A DNA stretch of 64,000 nucleotides from an uncultured Gemmatimonadaceae bacterium (GCA_963761305.1 CAVXGK010000002.1:224001-288000), one strand, 5' to 3'; counted from the first letter of the stretch, positions 21,879-32,575 are shown. Translations and numbers: made by a program. The notes: generated from the letters alone by a model not told the origin.

Positions 21879-22208
21879 ATGCGACACCTGACGCCGATCA
21901 ATCAAAAGGCTCGCCGGATCGAAGCGACGATCGAGAACGACGTCGTCGCGCTCCAGCAGGGCGGGCCGCAAAACGCGCCGCACGTCCCACTCGGCTGCAC
22001 GTTCGTCTTCTCGCCGGGATGGGAGGTCGACTCGAGCGGCGGCACCGCGGGTCTGTGCCAGCCGGTGGAACGCGATCTGTTCGACTGCCACCTCACGTGC
22101 TTCTGGCCGGCGCAGGTGCCCGATCTGTACAACTACGCCCCGGATTGGACAGGGAAGTGCGCGTCCGCGCAGAAGGACTGGCGCAAAATCGACCTCATCT
22201 TCCCATGA
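21879..22208 (+). CDS. qhpC: QHNDH gamma subunit precursor (CTQ-bearing peptide)
   Basis: Leader MRHLTPINQKA...DVVAL; GC..F.PGWEVD, LCQP.E.DL..C...C.WPAQVPD, DWRK motifs. Confidence 0.96.
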   Translation: MRHLTPINQKARRIEATIENDVVALQQGGPQNAPHVPLGCTFVFSPGWEVDSSGGTAGLCQPVERDLFDCHLTCFWPAQVPDLYNYAPDWTGKCASAQKDWRKIDLIFP

Positions 22209-23336
22209 GACACGCGTTTCGCACCGCCGCCGCGCTGATCACGCTTGTCGCGCTGGCGCCGCTCGGCATCGCCGCGCAGGCGCCGAGGCTCGCGTCGGCC
22301 GACCCGATTCCGTCCGGCGGCGACGGCAGCATCTACGTCGGCACGTACGCGCGCAACATCCTCGTCCTCGACGAGGCGACGATGCGCGTGCGCGACACCC
22401 TGCACACGTCGGTCGGCATTCCCGAGATCTCGCTCTCGTTCGACAGGAAGCACCTCTACGTAACCGATCCCGGCGACGAGAAGGTCGAGATTCTCGACCT
22501 CGCCACGAAGCAGTCGCTCGGCATGTTCACGCTGTCGCACGACAGCGTGAAGGTGCGCATGAACGGATTCAGCCTCGACCCGATGGAGCGCTTCGCCATC
22601 ATTTTGGTGAAGATCTACACCAAGCATCGTGACCGGTACGAGGTGAGCCGCCCCACGCTGCTCCGCTACGATCTCGCGAAGCGTGAGGTGACGGACACGA
22701 TCGCCTGGCCGCGCGGCGAAGAACGCGAGTTCGCCCAGATCATTTTCGCGCCCAAGGGCGACCTGATGTACTTCTTCACGCAGGACGACGTGTTGATCTA
22801 CGACTCCAACACGCTCAAGCAGGTCGATCACTGGGACATTTCGCGGACGCTGTTCGAAGAAGGCCTCGGCCGCATCAACTTCGGACTGCCGTACGACGTC
22901 TACGAGGAGCCGGGCTTCTACACGGGTCTCTTCCGCACCAACGATCCGGTGAACCACCGCACGCAAATGGGCGTCGCCCGCATGGATCTCGCGAACCGCC
23001 AGCTCGACTTCTATTCGCTCGGTCCGCAGCCAGGCGGTGAGCTTCCGACTCGCTCCGGATCGCAAGCGTGCCTATGGCATCCACAGCGAGGTCGGCAACT
23101 ATCAGTTCTGGACGTTCGATCTCGAGTCGCGCCGCGTGCTCGGCAAGACGGAGTTCCCTGGGCGGCCGCGCATGGGGCTCGTGGTCAGCTCCAACGGCAC
23201 GCAGCTCTACATCACGACAGCCGGGAGCACGATCGACCGGTTCGCGACGCAGGGCTTCGAGCGTCTGGGAACCGTGAACCTCGGGGCGGACATGACAAAC
23301 GTCATCTTGGTCCCGCGTGCGGCTGCCGCGAGATAA
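22205..23336 (+). CDS. qhpB: QHNDH beta subunit (beta-propeller); frameshift near 23030
   Basis: Signal peptide; YncE-type repeats (SFDRKHLYV, APKGDLMYF, APDRKRAY, SSNGTQLYI); ATGA overlap with qhpC. Confidence 0.85.
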
Positions 23337-23371
23337 CAAGTGAGTGCGGTGTACGGAGTGCGGAGACGAGC

Positions 23372-25124
23372 CTGCCGCGATTTTCGTTGCTAGACAGAGA
23401 TCTCAAGCGCGCGCTCAGCTACGTCACGCCGCACTGGAAGCGGCTCGCGTTGGTGCTGGCGCTGTCGCTCATCAGCACCGTCGCCGCGCTGTACATCCCG
23501 TACCTCTCGCGACTGCTGATCGATCGTGCGCTGCTCGGGCGCGACAGCGCGGCGCTCGTCAGGATCATTCTTCAGTTCACCGTCCTCACGCTCGGCAGCT
23601 TCGCGCTCAACGTCGTGAGCGGCCTGGTGTACACACGTGCGTCGGCCGAAATCCTGTTCGAGATGCGGCTCGGCCGTGTTCCGTCAGTTGCAGCGGCTGT
23701 CGCCGAGGTTCTTCGCGAACATGCCGGTGGGGCAGATCGCGACGCGACTCAATGCGGACATCGGCGAGATCCAGCGCGTGGCCGCCGAGATCGCGCTCGC
23801 CTGGTTGGGCAACGTGATCTTTCTCGTCGGCAGCGTGATCATCCTCTTCCGACTCGACCGCACGCTCTTTCTGGTCAGCTTCGCGCTGCTGCCGCTCGCG
23901 CTGTGGGCGCTCGTGCGATACCGCTCGCGCATGGAGACGGCCGTCGCGGGCGTCCGCGACAGAAGCGCCGACGTCGGCAGCTACCTGATCGAAGCCCTGC
24001 TTGGGATGAAGGTGATCGTGGCGTTCAACGCGCAGGAGCGCGAAGCGTCGCGGTTTCGCGCCAACAACGACGCCTTCATCGATGCGCTGATGTCGATGCG
24101 CCGGCTGACCTATCTCTCCGGCGGCGTGCCGGGATTGCTGCTGTCGGCCGGGAGCGCGTTGGTGTTCCTCGTCGGCGGCATGCGCGTGATCGACCACACG
24201 ATCACGATGGGCACGCTGGTCGCGTTCGTCGCGTATCAAATGCGGTTGGTCTGGCCGATCCAGGCCCTCATGGGATTGTACGCCAGCCTCGCGTCGGCGC
24301 GCGTATCGCTCAAGCGCGTCAGCGAGATCCTCGACGCGCCCGTGGACGTCGTCGAGTCACCCGCAGCTGTGGCGTTGCCCTCGGCGCGCGGGCGTATGAC
24401 GCTCGAACATGTCACGTACGCGTTCGGCCGCGGCGGACCGGTGCTCGACGGCGTCTCGCTCGACGTTTCGCCGGGCGAATGCGTCGCGATCGTCGGACGC
24501 AGCGGCGAAGGCAAGTCGACGATCGCCGATCTGCTCGTGCGACAGCTCGACCCGGAGAACGGGCGCGTGCTGCTGGACGGCGTCGACCTGCGCGCGGCGC
24601 GACTGGCGGACATCCGTCGGCACGTGCTAGTGGTGGATCAAGATCCGTTCGTGTTCAACGCGACGCTCGCCGAGAACATTCGCTATGCGCGACCAGGGGC
24701 CAGCGACGCCGACGTGCGCGCCGCGGCTGACTCGGCCGGCCTAGGTGCTCTTCTCGCGCGCACTCCGCGCGGGCTCGACACGAGCGCCGGTGAACGCGGC
24801 CGCGCGCTGTCGGCCGGCGAGCGCCAGCGCCTCGCGATCGCGCGCGCATTTCTCGCCGACCCGGCCGTGTTGGTGCTCGACGAGGCGACGGGAGCGTTGG
24901 ATCCGGCCACCGAGGCGCAGGTCGCCGCAGGCTACGAAGCCGTGATGGCCGGCCGCACGACGATCCTCATCACGCACCGGCTCGAGCTCGCGCGCCGCGC
25001 CGACCGCGTGCTCGTGCTCGCGCGCGGCCGGATCGTCGAGGAGGGAACGGCCGCGACGCTGCTCGGCCTCGGGCAATCGTTCGCCAGCCTCTTTTCGGCC
25101 GGCGTGTTGGCCCAGACGCTCTAG
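23372..25124 (+). CDS. qhpF: ABC exporter (TMD+NBD); frameshift near 23670; start uncertain
   Basis: TM domain; GRSGEGKST, LSAGERQR, LVLDEAT, ITHR; position in the qhp operon. Confidence 0.85.
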
Positions 25125-25127
25125 CCC

Positions 25128-25835
25128 GTGCGCTTCACGTTGGCGGACACACCATTTGCCGGACGCACCGGCCGCGGAGTGACCGTCGCGCTTCTCGACA
25201 GCGGCGTGCACGGCGACCATCCGCACGTGGGCGGCGTGCGAGGTGGAACGTCGTTTCTGCCCGGTAACAACGCCAGCGATTTCGTCGATCGCGTGGGTCA
25301 TGGGACGGCGGTTGCGGCGGCGATTCGCGAGAAGAGTCCCGCGGTCGACCTCATTGCCGCGCGAATCTTCGACCGGCAACTGGCGACGAACGTCGACGTC
25401 CTCGTCCAGGCGATTTGCTGGGCGGCCGATGAAGGCGCGCAGCTGATCAACCTCAGCCTGGGCACGACGAATCCCGCGCACGCCGAAAAGCTCGGGCCGG
25501 CGGTGAGCTACGCCGCGGAGCGGGGCTCGATCGTCATCTCGGCGCGGGAGTGGAACGGCACCACGTGGCTGCCGGGCAGTCTCGCCGGAGTCGTTGGCGT
25601 GGTGGCCGACGCCGAGCTGGATCGCGACGAAATCGATGTCACCACGGCGGGCGACCAGCTGCCACACTTCAAGGCGGCGCCGTTCCCGCGACCGATTCCC
25701 AACGTGCCTCGCGAGCGGAATCTCTCAGGTGTGTCGTTCGCGGTCGCGAACGTGACGGGCTTCCTGGCGCGAGCGACCGAAGCGTGCGGCGATCCGTTCA
25801 GCGCGGCGGCATTTGCACGGCGTTCGACGGTGTGA
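25128..25835 (+). CDS. qhpE: Subtilisin-like S8 leader peptidase
   Basis: VALLDSG, GHGTAVA, INLSLG, LSGVSFAV catalytic triad motifs; no signal peptide. Confidence 0.88.
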   Translation: MRFTLADTPFAGRTGRGVTVALLDSGVHGDHPHVGGVRGGTSFLPGNNASDFVDRVGHGTAVAAAIREKSPAVDLIAARIFDRQLATNVDVLVQAICWAADEGAQLINLSLGTTNPAHAEKLGPAVSYAAERGSIVISAREWNGTTWLPGSLAGVVGVVADAELDRDEIDVTTAGDQLPHFKAAPFPRPIPNVPRERNLSGVSFAVANVTGFLARATEACGDPFSAAAFARRSTV

Positions 25836-27282
25836 AGCGTCGTCCAAAATGGTAGTCCGACCACGAGAGGAAGTATTTCCAATTCGGCGCGTCGGTGTGG
25901 CCGCCGTCGTGTTGGCGCCACGCGAGCTGTCCGTCGAGCAGGCCGACGTTCACCGGCGGCATCTTCTCTTTCGTGTAGTCATCCGACACGCCGAGTCCTT
26001 TCGCGCCGAGCAGGCGAAAGACGGGCTGCGCGGCGACCGCCGCCATGAAGCTGCCCTGATGGTCGAGCCATTTCGCGTCGCCCTTCTCGGGAACACCGTA
26101 GCTCACGAAGGTGAGCCGGGGTGCGCAGAGCGCGAGCAGCTCGTGCGAATCCACGGGTAGGTCGCCGGCGTTCTTGCTGCCGAACGTCGCGTCGGATGCG
26201 CCGTACTCGAGGAAGTTGCCGGCCATCCAGTGGTATTCGCCGCTGCCGGTGAGACTCTCGACCGCTTCGCCCCAATTGCGACGGTTCAGTTTGGCGCCGC
26301 CCTCGCCGGACGATCCGATGAGCACTGTCGCGAACCGAACGTCGAACGCCATCGTGACGAGCGCCGCCTTGCCGTAGCGCGACACGCCCTCGATGCCGAC
26401 CTCGTTCGCGTTCACCGCGGCATCCGTCTCGAGATAGTCGAGCGTACGCGACGCGCCCCACGCCCAGGCGCGCAACGCACCCCAGTCGTCGGGCTTGCGC
26501 GGCTGTCCGCGGTTCGCGAGACCGATGATGCCTTTGGTGAGTCCGGCGCCGTTGTCGGCTTGAATGCTCGTGGGATTCAAGAACACGAATCCCCACCCGT
26601 CTACGATGAGTTGCTCGGTCGCCGGCGCGTCGCTGCCCGGTGGCGGCGGTGGAAACGTGAACGCCGGACGGCCCGGTGGCGGTGGCGGCGGCGGCGCGGG
26701 TCGGCCGAGCGCCTGGTCGAGGTTGCCCGGGCGAAACATGATCATGACGGGGGCGCGCGCTTTCGCGTCGGCCGGCACCACGAGCGTCGCCGGAATGTCG
26801 ATCGTGAGCGCCGGATACGCCGAGTTGTCGACGTGGCCGACGAGCTGCTTTCCGATGACGCGATGTCCGGCAATGGTGCCGGTGTCTGTCGCCGTCACCG
26901 TCCACGTCACCTTGGGCACGTCGCCCGGGATGCGCCCGTACACATCGCGCTCGAACAGCTTGACCAACTCGGCCCTTCGCGTCGTCCACTGCTGGGGCGT
27001 CGTCACTTTGTGCCCATTCGCCAGCGTGAGGACGTCCGGCAAGTTGGGGAAGGGATTTGCTTGCGCCTCGTCGTAGTTCGCGTGGTTCGCGTCCTGCTCG
27101 TTGCCGCTCGGTCCCGGGCGCAGCGCTCTGATGCCGAGTTGCTCCATCATTTGCTGGTGATCTTGCGCCGTCGTCCAATTCTTTGTGTCGGGCGCCGCCG
27201 GAGTGCCGGCCGGCTGCTGCGCGGTCGCGAATGACCCGGCGAGGGCGATGAGCGACAGCGCGCCGATCGCGGTCAACGTCAT
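25798..27282 (-). CDS. Secreted CE15 glucuronoyl/acetylxylan esterase-like protein
   Basis: Signal peptide; WGALRAWAWG, GVSRYGK, SSGEGG, PVDSHEL..L.APR, HDGGH. Confidence 0.85.
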   Translation of the reverse strand: MTLTAIGALSLIALAGSFATAQQPAGTPAAPDTKNWTTAQDHQQMMEQLGIRALRPGPSGNEQDANHANYDEAQANPFPNLPDVLTLANGHKVTTPQQWTTRRAELVKLFERDVYGRIPGDVPKVTWTVTATDTGTIAGHRVIGKQLVGHVDNSAYPALTIDIPATLVVPADAKARAPVMIMFRPGNLDQALGRPAPPPPPPPGRPAFTFPPPPPGSDAPATEQLIVDGWGFVFLNPTSIQADNGAGLTKGIIGLANRGQPRKPDDWGALRAWAWGASRTLDYLETDAAVNANEVGIEGVSRYGKAALVTMAFDVRFATVLIGSSGEGGAKLNRRNWGEAVESLTGSGEYHWMAGNFLEYGASDATFGSKNAGDLPVDSHELLALCAPRLTFVSYGVPEKGDAKWLDHQGSFMAAVAAQPVFRLLGAKGLGVSDDYTKEKMPPVNVGLLDGQLAWRQHDGGHTDAPNWKYFLSWSDYHFGRRFTPSNAVQMPPR

Positions 27283-27485
27283 CGGCGCACATGGCGAATT
27301 TGCGGGGAACACGATGGAGTGGCGCATGGAGTGGCAGTCGTGTCGGTGAGCGCGTTGACGCGTTGGGTCATCATATGGATTGCTGACGTCCGCCACAATG
27401 TCGAGACCGTCAGCAGGCTCGGCGCCACCTCGCACTCGGGCGCGCGCTCGCGTTATCTTGTCGGCTCAATGGCAGCACCGACACG

Positions 27486-28841
27486 ATGACGTGGCTCGCC
27501 GACGCCGGCGAAATGGGGCCGCTTCTCCGCAGCACCGACTGGTCGGCCACCGGCCTCGGGGCGCTCGACACGTGGTCAGCGAGCCGGAAGACGGCCGTTG
27601 GCATTTGTCTTCGTTCGCCATTGCCGACGGCGCTCTTTCTCGGACCGGAACAGCGACTCATCTACAACCAGCACTTCGTTCGGTTTCTGCCGACCGGCGG
27701 GCACCCGGCGGCGATCGGTCGCCCAGGAGATGCCGTCCGCGCCTCCATCAACGGTGCAGCGTTCGACTTCAGTCCGATCCTCGCTTCGGATGGCGAAACC
27801 GTCGATGGCACGCTCTGCGTTCACACCGGATTTCGCGCGTCGGCGATGGACGATGTGGGCGAGCTGCGGGCTGCGGTCGATCTCTTCAAGCTGGGGAGAT
27901 ATCGGCAGGATCCCGTCACACAGGTGATCGAGTGGGACGCGCACCTCAAAGCCATGTGGGGCCTGGCGCCCGACGCGCCGGTGGACCTCGGCGTCTTCAT
28001 CGCCGGAATTCATCCGGACGACCGTGAACGTGTTCAGGCCGCGCTGGGTCAGAGCGTGGATCCCGCGGGCGACGGTGTCTGCGACATCGAGTATCGTGTC
28101 GTCGGCGTGAACGGCGGCCCGGAGCGATGGGTAGCCACGCGCGGCAAGACCGTATTCGAGCAGGGACGCGTGGCGAGTTTTCACGGCGTGGTGCTCGACA
28201 TTTCCGAGCGCAAGCGCGCCGAGCATGCCAACCTCACCTTGATCGCCGAGTTGCAACACCGAACGCGCAATCTTCTCGCGGTCGTGGACGGACTCGCCGA
28301 GCAGACGCTTGCCTCGTGTGACACGCTGTCGGAGTTCTCCGGTCCATTCCGCGAGCGCCTGGCCACGCTGTCGCGCGTCCAGGGCTTGTTGTCGCGCGGG
28401 GAGTCGACATCCGTCATGATCAACCAGCTGGCGACGCTGGAACTGCGCGCGCTCGGCGCGGAGCCCGACGGCGAGCGTGTCGTCGTGGACGGACCCGAGG
28501 TCGCGCTTCCGAATCGGTCGGTTCAGATTCTTGCGCTGGGACTCCACGAGCTGGCCACGAACGCCCGCAAGTACGGGGCTTTGGCATCGCCCGTCGGACG
28601 TCTGCGCGTGACCTGGACCGTCACGAACGAGGCGAAACAGCGACGGCTCGTGCTGCATTGGCACGAGACCGGCATCTTTCCACGCACCGATGCGCCGCCG
28701 GGAGGCGCGCGCGTGGGGTTGGGTCGTACCCTCATTGAAAAGGCGTTGCCGTACCAACTCGACGCACTGACGCACCTCGAGATCGGCGACGATGTAGTGC
28801 ACTGCGTCGTGTCCATCGCGCTTGACCAGGAGCCGTCGTGA
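27486..28841 (+). CDS. PAS-domain HWE histidine kinase
   Basis: IHPDDRERV PAS/PAC; ELQHRTRNL; LHELATNA.KYGAL; WHE. Confidence 0.9.
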   Translation: MTWLADAGEMGPLLRSTDWSATGLGALDTWSASRKTAVGICLRSPLPTALFLGPEQRLIYNQHFVRFLPTGGHPAAIGRPGDAVRASINGAAFDFSPILASDGETVDGTLCVHTGFRASAMDDVGELRAAVDLFKLGRYRQDPVTQVIEWDAHLKAMWGLAPDAPVDLGVFIAGIHPDDRERVQAALGQSVDPAGDGVCDIEYRVVGVNGGPERWVATRGKTVFEQGRVASFHGVVLDISERKRAEHANLTLIAELQHRTRNLLAVVDGLAEQTLASCDTLSEFSGPFRERLATLSRVQGLLSRGESTSVMINQLATLELRALGAEPDGERVVVDGPEVALPNRSVQILALGLHELATNARKYGALASPVGRLRVTWTVTNEAKQRRLVLHWHETGIFPRTDAPPGGARVGLGRTLIEKALPYQLDALTHLEIGDDVVHCVVSIALDQEPS

Positions 28842-29200
28842 ATTTACCTGATTTGGATGGTCTTCGAATTCTTGTAATCGAAGACGAACACATAGTCGCT
28901 GAAGCGCTGTCGCGTTGCCTGCGAACGTCGGGCGCCGAGATCGTGGGGCCGGCCGCCACGGTGGAGCAAGCGCTCACGCTGCTCGCGACGTCGGACCGGA
29001 TCGACGGCGCGCTGCTGGACATCGACTTGAGAGGCATTCGCGCCTTCGCGGTGGCCGACGATCTGATCGCGCGCGGCGTGCCCTTCGTGTTCGCGACGGG
29101 ATACGAGACGATGATCCCGGATCGGTATCGCCACGTCGCCGTGGTGCAGAAGCCGTTCGACGTCGCCGAGACCGCCGCGGCGTTGTTTCCTACGCTGTAA
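28838..29200 (+). CDS. Single-domain response regulator
   Basis: LVIEDE, LLDIDL, FATGY, KPF; GTGA overlap with the kinase. Confidence 0.9.
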   Translation: MNLPDLDGLRILVIEDEHIVAEALSRCLRTSGAEIVGPAATVEQALTLLATSDRIDGALLDIDLRGIRAFAVADDLIARGVPFVFATGYETMIPDRYRHVAVVQKPFDVAETAAALFPTL

Positions 29201-29203
29201 GCC

Positions 29204-29968
29204 TCACGGGCCTTTCACGGCGCGCTCGAACAACTGCATGTCGTCGGTGGCCAGTACGGCATGCAGCGCGAACAGACTGGACGGCCCGTTCCACTCGCCG
29301 CCGGACAGCGCACGCGCCGAGTGAAATCCCGCCGCGCGAACGGCCGCCAGCACCTGTGGGTTCCATTCGCCGTATGGGTACGCGAATAGATCCGACGCCG
29401 AACCCATGTTCTGCTGAAGATCAGCGCGGCTGCCGGCGACTTCCGACTCGAGCTGCGCCGGCGTCATGGTCGTGAGCTTGGGATGCGTGCGCGTGTGCGC
29501 CGCGATCGTCATTCCGGCCGCCTGCATCGCCTTGAGCTGGTCCCAGCGCATGCAGCCATCGTCCTTCCCGACGGCCGACGTGATGGTGAAAAACGTCGCC
29601 GTGTAGCCGAGTTGATGCAGGATCGGAAACGCGAATTCGTACTGCGTGAGCCACGAGTCGTCGAACGTGAGCACCACCGCGTGATCGGGCACCGGGGTGT
29701 CGTGCTGTATCGCCGACACGAGCGCGTCGAGCGAGATGACCTTGTCGCCAATCTGGGCGAGATAGTTCATCTGCTTTCTGAAGACGCCCGTGTCCACGTC
29801 GAGTTGACGCTGGATTGCGTCCTGACCGGGACGATGCGCCGCGATGCTATGGTAGACGAGAATCGGGACGCGGATGGAATCGCCCGGCGGCGCCGCGCCT
29901 GGAGCCTGGGCGCGGGCTGACTCCGCCATCATCAAGAGCGCGCAAACACTGATCAACATTTTCATCAT
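29204..29968 (-). CDS. Polysaccharide deacetylase (CE4)
   Basis: VPILVYH, VLTFDD, AHTRTHP, FAYPYG; signal peptide. Confidence 0.88.
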   Translation of the reverse strand: MMKMLISVCALLMMAESARAQAPGAAPPGDSIRVPILVYHSIAAHRPGQDAIQRQLDVDTGVFRKQMNYLAQIGDKVISLDALVSAIQHDTPVPDHAVVLTFDDSWLTQYEFAFPILHQLGYTATFFTITSAVGKDDGCMRWDQLKAMQAAGMTIAAHTRTHPKLTTMTPAQLESEVAGSRADLQQNMGSASDLFAYPYGEWNPQVLAAVRAAGFHSARALSGGEWNGPSSLFALHAVLATDDMQLFERAVKGP

Positions 29969-30077
29969 ACGCCTACTCGCGACGCCTGCACGAAACGTGG
30001 CAAGCAGGTTGTGATCCACCGCACTCAAGTCTCCCGGACCGGCAGCCGCTACTTAAGGCGTATTCGCCTGCCTCCCC

Positions 30078-31280
30078 ATGGAGCCAAACATGATCCGTCG
30101 CTCTGCCATTTTTTCCTTGGCGCTCTCCACCGCTTTCGCGGCGCTCCCGCTCCGCGCGCAGGTGGGCGGCGCCGGCTCGGTCGTGAACGGCCGAGTCGTC
30201 GTTCAAGTGTTCGTCACGCTGTCCGATGACGCGACCCCGTACCATCCGATCTCGGGCTTGCCGCTCGGGTTCATCCGTACGCCGCGCGACACGTCGATGG
30301 CGGTCACCGATCGCTCGGGCTCGGCCATCGTACTTCTCCCGCCCGGCCGCTATCGCGTCGTGTCGCTCGTCCCGACGCATTGGAAGGGCGTGCGCTACGC
30401 GTGGAACACTCCTATTGAAGTCAAAGAGGACATGGGTCAGGTCAACCTGCGTCGCACTGACGCGATCGCCGCCAAGGTCGTTGCGACGACGGTCACGTCG
30501 ACCTCGAACGGTGAGACCGTCGAGCGCACCGTCGAACGAAAGGAAGTAGTGCGCGCGGCCGTGCCCGTTGCGGTCGCTCCGGTTGCTCCGGTCGCTTCGC
30601 AGGCGCCCGCGCCGACGCCTGCCGTTGCTCCTGCTCCGGCTCCTGTCGCCATTTCGGTTTCCGAAGCCATGGCGGAACGAGCGGACCCGGCTCCCGCCGC
30701 ACCGGTGAAGGTCGTCGACGCTCGGCCGGCGAAGGTCGCTGACGCTCGGGCCGCGATGCCTCGCCCCGCGCTCGGCAGCTCTCGGACGAAGGGCCTGTTC
30801 ATCGGGCTCGACGCCGAGGGCAATGGTCTCCAGACAAACATGGCCGGCAGCTCGGTGGAGTCGGGAGCGGGCGCGGGCGTCGTTCTCGGATATGGGTTCA
30901 CGCGGCGTCTGTCTCTGTACGCCGACGTGAGTGACGCGCAGATGAACGCGACGGCCGGCGGCACGTACATGCTGGGGAACGCCGACTTCGGCGCGCGCGT
31001 GCACTTCCGCAGCGGTCACGTGATCGTGCCGTTCATCGAGTTGGGCGCGACCGCTCGCCAAGTGTCCACGACTCAGAGCGGCGTGACGTACACGGCGAAC
31101 GGCATTGGCGGTTCGGCCGGCCTCGGCTTCAACATCTACTTCATGCGTGCGGTGGCGCTCTCGACGGCCGCCGATTGGTCGATGGGTAACATCAACAACT
31201 ACCAGGTCGACAACCTCGTGGGCTCGTCGGTGAGCGCCATGACGGCGCGCGTGCACGTCGGCCTCGTCTGGTTCCCGTAG
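30078..31280 (+). CDS. Exported protein: beta-sandwich domain, Pro/Ala linker, C-terminal 8-strand outer-membrane beta-barrel
   Basis: Signal peptide; TDRSG...LPPGRY; alternating beta-strands ending VGLVWFP. Confidence 0.7.
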   Translation: MEPNMIRRSAIFSLALSTAFAALPLRAQVGGAGSVVNGRVVVQVFVTLSDDATPYHPISGLPLGFIRTPRDTSMAVTDRSGSAIVLLPPGRYRVVSLVPTHWKGVRYAWNTPIEVKEDMGQVNLRRTDAIAAKVVATTVTSTSNGETVERTVERKEVVRAAVPVAVAPVAPVASQAPAPTPAVAPAPAPVAISVSEAMAERADPAPAAPVKVVDARPAKVADARAAMPRPALGSSRTKGLFIGLDAEGNGLQTNMAGSSVESGAGAGVVLGYGFTRRLSLYADVSDAQMNATAGGTYMLGNADFGARVHFRSGHVIVPFIELGATARQVSTTQSGVTYTANGIGGSAGLGFNIYFMRAVALSTAADWSMGNINNYQVDNLVGSSVSAMTARVHVGLVWFP

Positions 31281-31309
31281 TCGTCGTCGCGGCAAAGCAA
31301 GCGTAGTAC

Positions 31310-31341
31310 AAAGCGCCCGGTGCTCGTGCACCGGGCGCTTT
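31310..31341. terminator. Bidirectional intrinsic terminator
   Basis: aaagcgcccggtgc-tcgt-gcaccgggcgcttt perfect hairpin between convergent genes. Confidence 0.8.
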
Positions 31342-31343
31342 CG

Positions 31344-31862
31344 CTATCCGACGAGCTGGCCGCAGCGCGAGCAGACGTAGAGCGAGCGCCACCGCTTGCG
31401 GCGATCGTAGTAGTCGTCGCTGTAGCGGCGCAGCCTCGTCATGAACACGACGAGCGTGACGAGGGCCGCCGCGACGAAGGCGAACTCGCCAATGTTCGCT
31501 CCGAAGCGGCGAAACACGTAGAAGCCGGCGGCGGCGAGTGGGATGGCGACGAGCAGCGCGACGCCCACCGCGGATTTCCGCTTCGGCGGACGCAAGCGAC
31601 GAACGATCTGTATGTCGGTCATGCCGCCCGTGCGCGCCTCCTCGGGCGCGTTCGGCGCTTCCTCGAGGCGGCCGGCGCTCTCGTAGTACAGGTCGGCGGC
31701 ATTCACGAACGCCGACGCGTTGCACTTCGGACAGCGCGCGTCGCGAAGCGGGCTGTCGTCGTCGGAGTCGAGTTTCGAGACCGCGTTGACCGCGGCATGC
31801 AACCATTCGAGTCGATCGTCGCTCATCGGGACTGGGGCGGGCCGGCCATTGGAAACGTTCAC
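31344..31862 (-). CDS. Hypothetical 2-TM protein with CxxC motifs near both ends
   Basis: CPKC, two TM helices, CSRC. Confidence 0.65.
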   Translation of the reverse strand: MNVSNGRPAPVPMSDDRLEWLHAAVNAVSKLDSDDDSPLRDARCPKCNASAFVNAADLYYESAGRLEEAPNAPEEARTGGMTDIQIVRRLRPPKRKSAVGVALLVAIPLAAAGFYVFRRFGANIGEFAFVAAALVTLVVFMTRLRRYSDDYYDRRKRWRSLYVCSRCGQLVG

Positions 31863-31987
31863 CTGAGAAGTTAGCGACTGGCGCCGAGGCCGCGTGCCCG
31901 CCCGGGCAGGGCAATCTTTTTGCCTTTTGTGGGCGTCGAGGTACCAATGTCAACCACTGCGCCCGCATCGTGTCGGGGGAGGCGGGA

Positions 31988-32557
31988 ATGGACGGAATAC
32001 AAGCACGACTCTCTGATCTTCTTCAACTCCGTTGGTCAGCATTGCTGGTCCGGGGCCTCATTGCAATCGCCATCGGCGTGCTGTTCTGGTCGAGGCCGGC
32101 CTCCACGCTGGCCGTGATCGTGCTCGCGTTCGGCGCCTGGGCGTTCATCGACGGCGTCGTGACGGTTTGGCTCGCCTTTCAGGATCGGCCCCAGTCGTCG
32201 TGGGGATGGATGCTGCTCGACGGACTCCTCGGCATCGGCGTCGGCCTGTTCGCCTTCTTCCACCCAGCGGCGACGGCGATTGGCTTGCTCTTCCTCGTCG
32301 GCATTTGGGCGGTCTTTCGCGGCATCTTCGAGATCGCCGTCGCGATCTCCCTTCGCAAGGAACTGGAAGGCGAGTGGCGGCTGCTCATCGCCGGCGTTCT
32401 CTCCCTCCTGTTCGGCGTGACCGTCCTCGCCCGGCCCGGTGCGGGACTCATCGCCGTGCTCTGGCTGCTGGGCATGTACGCCGTGCTGTACGGAATCATG
32501 ATGGTGATGCTCGCGTTCAAGGCGCGCACCTGGGGCAAGCGTCTCTCGACGAGCTGA
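31988..32557 (+). CDS. HdeD/DUF308 membrane protein
   Basis: W..L.RG..AI..G.L....P repeats, FG.WA.IDG. Confidence 0.88.
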   Translation: MDGIQARLSDLLQLRWSALLVRGLIAIAIGVLFWSRPASTLAVIVLAFGAWAFIDGVVTVWLAFQDRPQSSWGWMLLDGLLGIGVGLFAFFHPAATAIGLLFLVGIWAVFRGIFEIAVAISLRKELEGEWRLLIAGVLSLLFGVTVLARPGAGLIAVLWLLGMYAVLYGIMMVMLAFKARTWGKRLSTS

Positions 32558-32575
32558 CGCGCCGCGATCACGCCG

